Positions 22,945-38,935 of a DNA stretch of 38,935 bases are shown here, one piece after another. Both the position numbers and the translations under genes were made by a program. Every line of letters begins with the position of its first letter. Position 1 is the stretch's first letter. The notes beneath the pieces were generated by a model. It worked only from the letters and a program-made list of their open reading frames with translations. It made no database searches and was not told the DNA's origin. This DNA comes from Reclinomonas americana ATCC 50394 (Eukaryota): contig PS015072.1 in the NCBI GenBank assembly GCA_048213135.1, positions 157,221 through 196,155 on the forward strand. Direction: 5' to 3'.

Positions 22945-23760
22945 TCTGTGAGTGAGCTGTGTGGGAGGGATATGTACGCCAGTCTGTGAGGAAGCGATTG
23001 AGGAAAGCGCTGGCTCTGCCGTGGTTCTGTGGAAAGAGCAGCAGGCATTTCTTGAATGACGTCGACGTCGGCTTGTCCGGCCATCTTTACGCTCAGCTGT
23101 GGTCTGCGAGTGGGCTGTGTGAGTGGGACATGTGCGCGAGTCTATTGGTAAGCGATTAAGGAAAGTGCTGGCTCTGGCGTGGTTCTGTGGAAAGAGCAGC
23201 AGGCATTTCTTTGCTGACGTCGACGTCGGATTGTCCGACTCTCTGTGCATTCAGCTGAGGTCAGTGAGTGAGCTGTGTGAGTGGTATATGTACGCCAGTC
23301 TGTTGGGAAAGCGATTAAGGAAAGTGCTGGCCTTCCAGCATGTCTGCGGGAAGAGCAGCATGCCTTTCGGTGTCGACGTCGACTTGTCCGGCCATCTTTG
23401 CGCTCAGCTGTGGTCTGTGAGTGAGCTGTGTGAGTGGGATATGTACGCCAGTCTGTAAGGAAGCGATTGAGGAAAGCGCTGGCTCTTGCGTGGTTCTGCA
23501 GCACGAGCAAAAGGCCTTCCGAAATCGACGTCGACTTGTCCGACATGTTCCGCGCACAGCAGACGTCCATGGGCGACTTAAGCGGGTGGAACATGTACTT
23601 TGCACTACCTTGAATGAAGTACCGGCCATCTAGCGAATCCGGGAAACGAGCAGCACGCATGCCGAAATCTACGTCGACTTGTCTGCATTTGCTATGTGCA
23701 CGGTTGATGTCATTGGGCGCCCTCTGCGGGTGGAATATATACTCCACACTGCCTAGAATG
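22945..23760. repeat. ~157-bp tandem repeat, 5-6 copies decaying rightwards, immediately upstream of the F-box gene
   Basis: Anchor g(a/g)gctgtgtg at 22954, 23112, 23270 and 23423, degenerate at 23580 and 23724. Each unit carries a (GAC)GTCGACGTC(GAC) core. Confidence 0.92.
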
Positions 23761-24665
23761 TGATGGAAGTGTTGAGCTGCGGAACACGAAGTCGAGGACA
23801 ATCCATAACTGTAGTGTCCTCTCCTTCAGTTCCTTGCTTCTGTAGGCTTCCTCTCTTACGAGAGCAAGCCACCTGGTTGGCACTTCCGTGGTGCTCTCGA
23901 GGCCCGATCTAAGCGAAGGCATGTAACATAAAGTCAAACTATAAGTCGGTTGTGGTTGGGGTGCATCGCTGTCGGTGTTGAGTCGAGTAGAGAGTGCCAC
24001 GTTAGTGACGGTGCTGTCCAGTGGTGGACTGGTGGTGGCAGTAGAGGACACTACAATTGGTTGTCGAGACTGATAAGTGTGGAGCAAGCTCAAATACGGA
24101 ACTCTCTCCAAACGTAGTCAGGAGAGAACTGGTGCTAGTGCTGGTCATCGCGTGCATCTGCGGAACGAGCAGACAGCTGTCCAATATCAAAGTCGACTGG
24201 TTTTACGGGCAGGGCAGTTGATCATTTGAGGTCTGTATGCGACTCACATGAAATGGTACATGTTTTATACACTGTCTTCAATGGAGTTGTGACACTGCTG
24301 GCCCTCAAGCTCATCTGTGGAATGAGCAGAAAGCTGTCCGATATCAACGTCGAAATTTTTGTCTTCTTTCGCGCTTCCTCGTTCAGCTGGCAGCCGCGTT
24401 TTTGTTTTAGTTGCTCTTCAACCCCCTCATCCACACTCATGCACATAAAAAACCAACGGCATTTCCCTTGACCAAAGAAAACGTTTGTCCACCAATCCAT
24501 GTCCTACTCAGCGACTCTCTCAAATTTCTCATAGTCAAGACAGCACACAACCTCCACCCGCTCTCTCTCTCCCATTTTCTCACAACAAAACACAACAGAA
24601 GGAGAAGAAGGAGAGCAGGCTTCTGTTCAGTGACAGAGTGAGTGAGTGTGAGTGAGTGAGTAAGA

Positions 24666-29515
<4,850 letters not shown>

Positions 29516-30014
29516 TGATTCTGGTGCGAGGTGGTGTGTGTGTGTTACTTTGATGTTTGTAATGTCTTGACACAGCAGCAGAGAGTGGAGGGGCGGCCGA
29601 CTTCTCAATGTAGTGGTTATTTTTGAGATTCAGTCTGCGCTTGACTTGTTATCACTGTTTGCCTCTTCGTCCGTTCTTCCTTCCTCTCTCTTCCATTTTC
29701 CTTCCCTTTCCTGCGTCGCCCCTATACCGTCTGGCTTGCAAAGCTATCATCGTTTCTTTTCCGTTTTGAGATTGATTTTGGTGACTTGCATCGCTTCAAT
29801 GCCCCGTTGCCACACTGACCTAGTTCTCTCTCTCTCTCGCTCTCCTGCCAAACTCAGTGCTTTCATTCCTCGTTCACTTATCTTTTCGCTCACTCCTCTT
29901 GTACAACTAAAGGGTGAGTCGCTTCGTCCAAAATTCTCGTCACCGTCGCACCCTCTTTCTCTTGCTCTCTCATCCCAAACCCAATGCCATTCCCCTTTTC
30001 TGGCTCTGCATCCA

Positions 30015-30200
30015 CTTCTCTCACTTGCCCTCCTCTTCGCCCTTTCCCCGAACCCCCCTTTCCCTTAATCCTCCTTTATCTTTCCTTTCCCTTTCTCTTC
30101 TCTCACTTGCCCTCCTCTTCGCCCTTTCCCTGAACCCCCCTTTCCCCGAACCGCCCTTTCCCTGAACCCTCCTTTCCCTTAATCCTTCTTTTATCTCTCC
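30015..30200. repeat. ~82-bp pyrimidine-rich tandem duplication between convergent genes
   Basis: cttctctcacttgccctcctcttcgccctttccc at 30015 and 30097. Confidence 0.8.
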
Positions 30201-30211
30201 TTTCCCCTTTC

Positions 30212-33200
30212 TCACGTCGCCGACTGCCTTCTCCTACTCGACGAGGAGGCCGACGAAGCGGCGGTACTCGACGGCTTGCTCTTGGCCGACGTCGGCGCCG
30301 CCGACAGCGCCACCGGACTCTGCACCAGTACATCGGCTGGCAGTGCGCGCACAGTGCCGTCGGTCGGCAGCGCACTGCCGTCCGAGTCGGTGTCGGTGGG
30401 CGAGAAGAGCGAGCCGGCGTCGCGCACTGGACTGCCGGCGAGTGACTCTTGCAGCTCGGCGAGCATGGTGGAGCTGCGTCGCGAGGCCGTACTGGAGGGC
30501 GACTTGACGGACTTGGGCGACTTGCGGCTGGCCGGTGATCCCAGTTGCATAAGGAAACTGGCCTGCTGTTCCGCCTCTGGTGGCTCCTCCTGCAGCAGCT
30601 CCATGAAGTGGTTGAGGTCGGGGGAGAGTTGTCGCCGTGGAATGCCCAACAACTGCGAGACGTGGAGAGTGAGGAGGTGAGGAGGAGCGAGGGAGGAGAA
30701 ATTGACAACTCACATCGCAGACGCGCGCCACGGTGCCGTTGAAGCGGCCGACCTCGTCCACCTCAAAGTCGAACGGCACACTGTCGACGTACGAGTGGCG
30801 CAGCTCGGCCGACAACTGCCCCTCCACGGTCCAGATGCACACTCGCTTGTCGGCCGCCGCGGTCAGGATCTTGCGCGGCCTCTCAATCACCTCCACACTG
30901 CGCACGGTCTCAGCGTGCGCCGCCCACTCGTACACAACGGGGATCATGTCGGCCGTGCAGCGAGGGACTGCGAATCGAGGAGAGTCAGTGATAGTGGAAG
31001 GGCATGCCTACAACGTGACAACTTGGAAACGCAACACGGGAAAGGCGGATACGTGACGTCGTGAGTGAATTGTTGCTGCACATCACCCGACAGTGAGCAA
31101 GAACACCACTTGCGGCACACACACACGCTTCACCCTACGTACCCGAGCCTGCGCAGTACCCCACGTCATGGGCGTCAAGTGAGCGGCCTCGATGACAGCC
31201 GACAGGTTCCACACACGCATCGTTCCCTTCTCGTCGCCAGTGACGAGATTCTCGCCTTCCACGTCGTAGGCCATGGCCGTCACATATGTCTGTCGGTCGT
31301 CGCTTGCATCGTTCTCCCACGAGAACAGCAGGCGGTTCGGGTACGGATACGGTCGCAGTGTGAAGATGTGCAAAAAGCCGCACGAGTCGGCGCATGCAAA
31401 AGCCGGGAAGCTGCCGAGTGGACACACGGCCACCACGTCCTGTATTTGGAAAGAGACAGAGTTGAGGGCGGAGGAGATGATGCCAAGTGCTGTTCACTGC
31501 ACGCAACTCCCTCGAACTTGTCCGTCTTGAACAGCACCTTGCCCTGCTGGTAGTCCCACGCAATTACGCTGTGCGATCCAGTGCCGACAACCACCAGTCG
31601 GCAGGCGTCGATCCACGTGATGCACTTGATGTCCTTCGATGGTCTGCACCACCCGTCCTTTTTAGTTTCACGCATCCCCACTGCCTGCAGCACACACTTA
31701 TGTTCATCACCTGTTCTCCTCGTCCAGCTCCTTCAGGTCGATGCCCTCGCTCGGTTCGAAATCGCTCTCCACAATCACTCGCCCGTCGGTGGTGCCGACG
31801 ACCAGCATGCGGTTCTGCGACTCGCGACCGACGCAGTATCGCACGCAGGTAATGTCAATGTGACCACCGGTCTCGTGCTCCTCGCGCGGGTAGTCCTTGA
31901 TGAAGCCGCCGTTGGCACAGTTGAAGGTCTTCAACTCGCCCGAGTCGGAGGTGACGAAGAATTTGCGGCCGCGCTCGTCGAGACACAGGCCGGTGAGGCC
32001 GGTGCTGGTGATGGCCGGGAACTGGCTGCGCAGACGGCCACGCGAGTTCCACACCTTCACCTCGGTGTTGCTGACGGTGTAGAACTCGGCAGTCACCGGA
32101 TTGTACAGCGCGCAAATCACTGTTGACTCGTGCGCCGTGTACAAGTTGGTGGCCGATTCGCAGTCAAACGCCGACAAGTGTGTACCGGCCGTGATAATGC
32201 GGCTCTGCGGTGGATAGTACGACATGGCGGTCGCCAGCTGCACGTCCTCGCGCACCACGCCACGCAGAGCACGCACCTCGGGCATGTGGAGTGATTGCAC
32301 GCATTGGAGATTGCGGCTGCGGAGGACAGGGGAGAGAATTGAGTTGTCAACAGTGGTGTGCCTGCCAGCAGGTAGCCACGCACCTATCCCACACTTTGAT
32401 GAGCCCGTTAATGTCGCCCGTGACCACCTGTGATGTGTTGGGCAGCATGCGAACTCCCATGATGCAACCGGTGTGTGCACGTCGAAAGTCGAGCAGTCGC
32501 ATGGGACGAGTGCTGTTCGACGGCGACCACACGTACACGGTGGGCTCGAAGCCGCCACTGATGAGGATGCCCAGCTCGTCGACTGCACTCAGGCAGCTCA
32601 CGCCCTGGTGTGGAAAGACAGTGAGACAGAGTAATAAGAGAGAGGGAGAGGCAGTGGGAATGAAAACACAACTGAGGAGTGGCCGGTGAGGGTGGAAAAG
32701 TGTTGCTGTTTCTCAATGTCCCACAACATGATGCGGTGGTCCATACTGGCTGTCACCAGTTGCGTCTGCCGAAAAGTGAGTGTTTATGAAGCAGGAACGA
32801 ATGCATTGCACACAGACCTGCTTGCTGAACAGGATCATGTCGAGAATGGCGCTGCGGTGCTTTTGCTTGCTTCGTGCACAAAACTGGATTGGTGAGAACT
32901 TGCGAACAGGAGCGACCTGCAAGTGCACGCGAGTGAGTGGGTGCGGTGAACAACTGCTGACTGGCACACAAAGACATGCGCACCTTCTGCGGGTTCCTCG
33001 CGGCCTCCACGTCGAATATCCGCATCGGTGACAGCATCCAGGTGTATATCTCACCGGTGCGTGAGCCCGAGAACATGACCTCGAAGGCCTCGCACCACAA
33101 GAGACTTGTGTGGCTCACATCGAGGCGATCGGTGGTCTAGCGAGCAGTGTGAGAGATGAGAGAGAATATGGAGCTGGCTGGTAGAGAGGCCGGTACGCAA

Positions 33201-34790
33201 CTCCACGCTGCTCAAACGTGACGTCGTCGAAAAAGTTGAGGTGCAGTTCGGAAGACGTGGCAATCATGTGTTGCTGTGGGAGATGGGCTGTATGCAGGAG
33301 AAGGTCAGTGGTGATACAGCTAGAGCAAGCAAGGCACAACTCACTTGCGTCAAGCACTCCTCCCTCGAGGTCAATCGTCTTCACGGTGTGGAATGTCTGC
33401 ACAGCAACCGTGAGCACGACTGGTGAATACTTGTACCGAGAGTAGGCAGCGGCAACCAACCACTGGATTGAAGAGTCGCAGTCGCTTGTTCCTGCCGCAG
33501 ATCATCTGGTGCTCGTACGTGTCAAAGGATCGAATGCGTCGTGCAGGCTCGTCGAACGGATCACTGCGCACGGGAGCTCGCACATACTGTGTGGAGTGGT
33601 GAGTGGTGGCACTGCGCGCGACAATCGCACCACTGCGTGCAACGCTTGTACGCAACGGACATCATCTTCTCCTGCGAGTACTTTTGCACGGCTGCAGCCT
33701 CGCTGATGAACGATGTGAATTCCTGGAGGCGGTAGAAGGTGAGTGAGCGGACGACAAGAAAACACATTCCACTGCGTTGCACCACCCGCACCAGCCACTC
33801 CAGTCCTCCGTCGCCGTTGAAATCGATCTGGCTGAAGAGCTCGATGAGGTTGGCCACCAATCGCCCACCGCCCTCCTGCACCGTCTTCTCTGGCAAGTGA
33901 GAGATGACTTGGTCCACAAACTGCGCGCAGATAGGTGTGAGACCAGGAAGAAGTGAGCAGAGCGCTGCATGAAACCAACCTCTTTCAGCGACAAGCCGTC
34001 GCCCGTCTCCTCCTCCTTGGTCATGAACGACTCCTTGAGGGCCTCGAGTGCCTCGAACTCCAGTTCCATGAGCACGTCCATCACCATGTTGGCCGCTGCG
34101 GTATAGTGAGGACTGGCGAAAAAGAGTGGAATGAGAGGGGCGAGGAAGACAACGAACATGCAGAGCCGTCGGCCGGCTTGAGTGAGGCCTTGAGTGCCTC
34201 GAGTGCCTCCTGAACGAGAACGGAGTGAGAGGCTGCGTCCGTGTGAGCCTCATGATGCGAGTCAAACATACCTGTGCATTTCGTTCCTCCTCCTCTCGTC
34301 GACGGGCGGACATCTGTGACGGAGGAGAATGAGAAGTGATATGCAGTGGTGGAGAAAGGAATGGAGAAGCGCGACTTCAACTCTGCTGAGCGTGCTCCTG
34401 GCAGACTACGCCCTGTAAGCCAGAGAGACACAGAGCGAGAAAGCATCTCACAATCACCACACCATTATCTGCCTCTCGCTCCAACCATGGACAAGTGTCC
34501 GGAGTGCACTCCCAAACGGCTTTCACCAACACACACACACACGCACTCACCGCACGCCCCGTCAACGGCCGACTCGGCGGCGCACTCTTGCTCTCTCCAC
34601 TGCCACTCCCACTCGCTCCACTGCCGCTTCCACCAGCCGCCGAGGAGGACGAAGAGCCGCCATTCCTGGCCGTCGCCGCCCTCGATCGCGGCGGCCGCAG
34701 ATCCATCTCAAACGAGTGCTCCAGCAGGTTCTCCTCCTCGGCCACCACGTCACCACCAGCCACCTCACCTCGCCCGCGAAGAAAACTCAT
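30212..34790 (-). CDS. EF-hand plus multi-WD40 protein (WDR49/EFCAB8/WDR64-like), many short introns
   Basis: Spliced N-terminal region ...LSLKE|FVDQV...LIELFSQIDFNGDGGLEWL|EFTSFI contains an EF-hand loop (DxNGDGxLxWxEF). It is followed by divergent WD40 repeats (LVTASMDHRIMLWD, VVTGDINGLIKVWD, LVTGDEKGTMRVWN, ILTAAADKRVCIWT) and a Ser-rich tail ending TGA at 30212. The 5' exons (34551-34790, 34272-34313, 34158-34209) are less certain. Confidence 0.85.
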
Positions 34791-34887
34791 GGCTGTGACG
34801 AGTGCGTTTCTCTGCGTGCGTTGTAACTGCGCGCGAAAATTTGCGTACGGTGAGCGGCTCTCACGACGACTCTCTCACAAGCAAACA

Positions 34888-35465
34888 ATGAGCGCGCGAC
34901 ACAGTTCCCCGTCCGCCGCTGCCTCCGCGGCATCGCCTCCTCCTCCTCCGCAACCAGCCGCCGACGATGGTAAGCAACACAACTCCTTGCACACACTCAC
35001 GAGTTTGTCCGCTCACACACACACTCTCTCTCTCACACAGACGAGTACGAGAGCTACGAGGAGGAGGTGGAAGAGGAGGAGGAAGACGGTGGCGAGGACG
35101 GTGGCGAGAGTGCGGCCGCTCCTGTGGCCGCCGCGCGTCAGTACCTGGCCTCGGGCAGCAAGCAGCATCGCAAGCAGCAGCAGCAGCCGCAGCGGAGCAA
35201 GCAGCGCAGTAGTGAGGGCGGAAGCGCCAGCAGCACTGTGGCATCAGTGGCGGCCTCAGGTGCGGCGGCGGTGTCGTCGTCGGTGCACTGGGTGTGGGAT
35301 CACTTGCCGAACATGACGACGTTGAAGGAGAATTTCCTGAAGCCGATGGTGGCGGCGGTGGCGGTCGGCATTGGGCTGTCGATGGGCTATTCGATCTTTG
35401 ATGCGGTGGCGGCGAGGGTGTCGCGGTCGGGACGTGGAGGTGGGGAGAGGCATGAGCATCGCTGA
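34888..35465 (+). CDS. Small protein with acidic N-terminal half and one C-terminal glycine-rich TM segment
   Basis: Exons 34888-34969 (G|GTAAGC) and 35041-35465. Contains DDDEYESYEEEVEEEEED...ENFLKPMVAAVAVGIGLSMGYSIFDAVAARVSR. Confidence 0.8.
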
Positions 35466-36035
35466 GTGAAAGGGATGAGGAGCTGAAGGAGAGAAGGGCT
35501 GGTAACAGGAGAGGAGAGGATGGGTGCGCTGTTGGAACCGAGGTGGGGGCGAGAGTGAGAAAGGGAAGAGAGAGAGGGCGGAGAGCAGAAGGACTGGAAA
35601 AAGAAGGAGAGGATGGCGTTCTTGGAACTCAGCGAGGTGACGGAGAGAGAAACGAGGGTCTGCCTGTTGAACCCGTAGAAGAAAAGAGAGAGAAAGAGAG
35701 ACAGAAGAGATGCATACATACAGCGCAGCGACTGCTCTACCTCGTGCCTCTCTCCCGCAATCACACAGAAGTCGCGGAGTGGGTTTGCAATTGCCTTTTC
35801 TTTCTCACTGAGCAATAAACTTAAAATTAAGAAGTGATTCTGCGCTGGGTGCCTTGGCGATCAGTGCGTAGGAAGGTCAAGGTTTGTCACAACCCTTGCG
35901 CTCACCATTCTTATGCTTATGAAAGTTTTAACCTCCGCCTTTTTGACCACAGCAAATCTGTCGTTTCGCGCGCAATTTCAGTTTCAAGCCACACAAAACG
36001 CCATCCATTCCTTCCCGTTGAGCGTGGCGCGACAA

Positions 36036-36145
36036 ATGCGTGGGCGTGTGTCTCTTGTGGCGCTCCTGGCGTGTGTTTTTGCGCTAAACGCATGCGCACT
36101 GTGTGCGGGTTCGTGCTTGTGAGATCTGATGGGAGCTTGCGCGTG

Positions 36146-36185
<40 letters not shown>

Positions 36186-38769
36186 GTGTGCTCTACGTGT
36201 CTGCGCTTCTGCACTCTTTGGTGGCGCACACACACAGCGCAAACAGCGCGCGTCTGTTTGGATATAATCTCTCTGAATCGGTGTACATGCGCATTGATCA
36301 TCAAGTTGAGAAGTATCTGATAATGCTCTTGCTTATTCCGCGCAGTGGCTCAGACAGTGACGACCTCAGCGGCCACCAGCGTGTTGACCACCTCCGCCAC
36401 ACTGCAAGGCTCTGCCAACGCCAACAATGTGGCCGGCGGTCTCACCAACTCGTTCACCTACGGCACCACACAGTCCTCGTACGCCAGCGCCGCGGTGTCC
36501 GTCTATGCCGGCAGGAGTCTGACGTCAGGCACCGGGGATGGTGCCCTCGGAACGGCTACGTTGTACTGGATAGAAGGAATGTGTATGGACCGCAACTCGG
36601 GAGACTTGTATGTCTCAAGCATTCAGTGCGTTTGTAGTAGTCGTGTGCCGTTCACCACCAGTCTCGCACTCACCTGTGCACATACGTGTGTGCGCCACGT
36701 GTCAAAAAGGTCGAATACTATTCGCCGAGTGTTTCAGAACGGATACGTTGTCACCTTTGCCGGGAGTACTACATCTGGCAGCGCTGACGGCTACGGCACT
36801 GGCGCATTCTTCAAGGCGTACGTGCTAGAAGAGCAAGCTTAAGAGTGCACCGTTTCCTCTTGTCGCTGAACTCGTGGTGTGCGTGTGCTTTTATGATTAT
36901 GTGCAGTCCCCGAGGCCTGGCATGCACCACCAGTGGCTTGATCTACGTGGCCGACTCTTCCAACAACTGCATCCGTGTCGTGAACATAGCCACCACACAG
37001 GTGACCACGCTTGCTGGTAGCTGCGGCAGTGCAGCCTCGACTACCGATGGTACTGGAAGCAGTGCGAGGTTCTACGCCCCAGCGGGTGTGAATGTCGACG
37101 AAGCCAACTCGGTGATGTACGTCTCGGATTCCTTGGGCAACACTATGTTACGTGACATGCACATCCCGTCGCAGGCAAGCATCAGCACTAACACCCGTCA
37201 CGTGCATCACTTGTGCAGTCGCAAGGTACTGCGGTGGACAAGTAGACGAGACCACATTTCCCGGTATCTGACACTCATCACAGGTTACACTTCCTGGCGC
37301 CGTCGTGACCACCGTCGCAGGAACAACGGGTGGGTTTGCGGATGGTGCCGCACTCACTGTCGCTAAGTTCAGTGCACCGCTTCAAATGGAACTCAACTCG
37401 AACGGCACTATTTTGTGGATCGCCGAGAAAACCAACAACGTACGTTCACTTGAGTGTGTCTGTCAGCTTATGCTCGCTCGCCGCATCGTTCATCCATTCC
37501 GTACGTCCGCCCAGAGAATTCGCATATTCGACATTGTGGGAAGCAACGTGTCGACGCTCGTGGGCACTGGTATGGCCACTTCCAATGACGGACCGCGTTG
37601 CGTATTTGATTCATACTTGCCTAAACCCGTAATGTATGTTTCTTCATCTCACCTGCTTGCGCGTCCATGCAGTCAACATGGCCACGATCCAGCAACCGCA
37701 AGCCATTGCCTACAACGCAGATCTGAATGTGCTCTACGTTGCTGGTGTTGAGTATTCGACCGCTGTGGAGTAGTAACTGCACTGTCACCACGGTTTTCAC
37801 CTTTTGTGATTCCTGTCATGCACAGCGAAGCTATACCATTCGGCAGATTGACCTGAACGCCAGCACGATTACCAAGATCGCCGGCTCGGGCACCTCGGGA
37901 GCAGCCACTGGCGCTGCGTTGACCACAAATGCATTCAATACAAGCATAGTAAGTCAATGAGGCGTCGTGTAGCCCGACGCACAGCTGTTGTGCTCTGTTC
38001 TCATCTTTATGCAACAATTATATATGCAGTACTGGCTGACGTGGGACCCCGCGACTGCTTCACTGCTTGTTGCCGGTACGTGCTGCAGCCAGGCCGCGCG
38101 AGCGTTGTGTTCCGCCAACTTCCGTTTCGTTTTGCAGATCAACTCGACATGACCGTCCGGCGCCTCACTCTCGGTCCGTCGTCGACGGTGGCGGCCACAC
38201 CGGCCACGGCCACCGGCTCCTCCAACGTTTCGATATCTGCCGCCATCAGCTCGCTCACCCTCGGCACCAAGTACTACTTCCGCGCGCTGGGCACAGCCTC
38301 GGGCTTGGCGTACAGCGGCGCGGCGCTTTCCTTCACCACGCCGTCGACCAACAATAGCGCGCCCACCGACATTGGATGCTCGACGACCACGTATGTGGCG
38401 CCGTCGACGGCGAATACGGTGATTTGCACGCTCAGCTCGGTGGACCCGGATGTCGGCGACACGTTCACGTATGCGGTGGTCAGCAGCACGCCGGCCGGCG
38501 TGTTCTCCATCGTGTCCAACTCGCAGTTGGTGATCACGGCGGCCGGTCAAACGACGGCCTCGCTGTCAGTGACGCTGAGCACGACCGACAGCGGTGTGCT
38601 GTCGTTCAACAAGTCATTCACCGTCACATCAGGTACTCAATAAGAGAAAGAGAGGGGGGACGAGAGAGAGAGAGAGAGAGAGCAAGAGAGAGGGAAGAGA
38701 GAGAGAGAGAGGTGAGAAGGAGAGAGAGAGAGGAGAAGAGAAGAAGAGAGAGAAGAAATGGGAGAAGAG

Positions 38770-38811
<42 letters not shown>

Positions 38812-38935
38812 AGAGAAGAATGTGTGTGTGCTCTCGCTACTTCCTAGTTGGTCGTACGGTTCACTACCTACCGTATCGCCCGCGTGCATCGCAGTAGAAA
38901 CAATCGCCGACCCGGACGGCCATCACGTTCACGCC
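36036..38935 (+). CDS. Secreted/surface protein: signal peptide, FN3-like domain with inserted NHL repeats, cadherin-like repeat; probably continues past the window
   Basis: Exon 1 36036-36108 MRGRVSLVALLACVFALNACALCA looks like a signal peptide. NHL repeats follow (APRGLACTTSGLIYVADSSNNCIRVV; ARFYAPAGVNVD...MYVSDSLGNTIRKV), then LTLGTKYYFRA...LSFTT, then NSAPTDI...LSSVDPDVGDTFTYAVV...TTDSG...KSFTVT to the donor at 38633. Confidence 0.88.

Noticed and set aside
22945-23760. Regularly spaced palindromic cores resembling a CRISPR array
   Set aside because: The sequence between the cores is itself repeated rather than unique, the context is eukaryotic, and there are no cas genes.
23710-24111. 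133-aa minus-strand ORF (and 8083-8451)
   Set aside because: No ATG start, recognisable motif or convincing splice partners; cannot be supported as genes.
34829-34840. E2F-like TTTCGCGC site in the bidirectional promoter
   Set aside because: A short motif expected by chance in GC-rich DNA; no supporting evidence.

Overview
This is eukaryotic, GC-rich, intron-dense genomic DNA, probably from a flagellated protist (inferred from the BBS-type chaperonin, EF-hand/WD40 and PPP1R36-like genes). The assembly is a draft with six N-gaps and many CT/CA microsatellites. By manual splicing I reconstruct 14 genes or gene parts. They are: the first exon of a chaperonin-family gene, a tandem array of four stand-alone 7-repeat WD40 genes, a single-exon hypothetical gene, a transmembrane RING-H2 E3 ligase, a PPP1R36-like gene, a ~70-aa membrane microprotein, an F-box/LRR gene, a low-complexity hypothetical gene, a large EF-hand+WD40 gene, a small acidic single-TM protein, and a secreted FN3/NHL/cadherin-like protein running off the right end. 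Four signals stand out. (1) A second, abundant class of 5' splice sites has its consensus shifted one base downstream (GT-T-GCGT/GAGT/ACGT/GTGT): 18 of roughly 60 introns, all lacking G at -1. (2) The WD40 array has near-identical repeats with variable surface positions, a 4-codon first exon and an unrecognised conserved tail. (3) Many unrelated, locally born tandem repeats of roughly 130-160 bp fill introns and promoters. (4) An NHL propeller is inserted inside a bacterial-type FN3 domain, followed by a bacterial-type cadherin. All gene models are hand-built from sequence only, without expression data or database searches.
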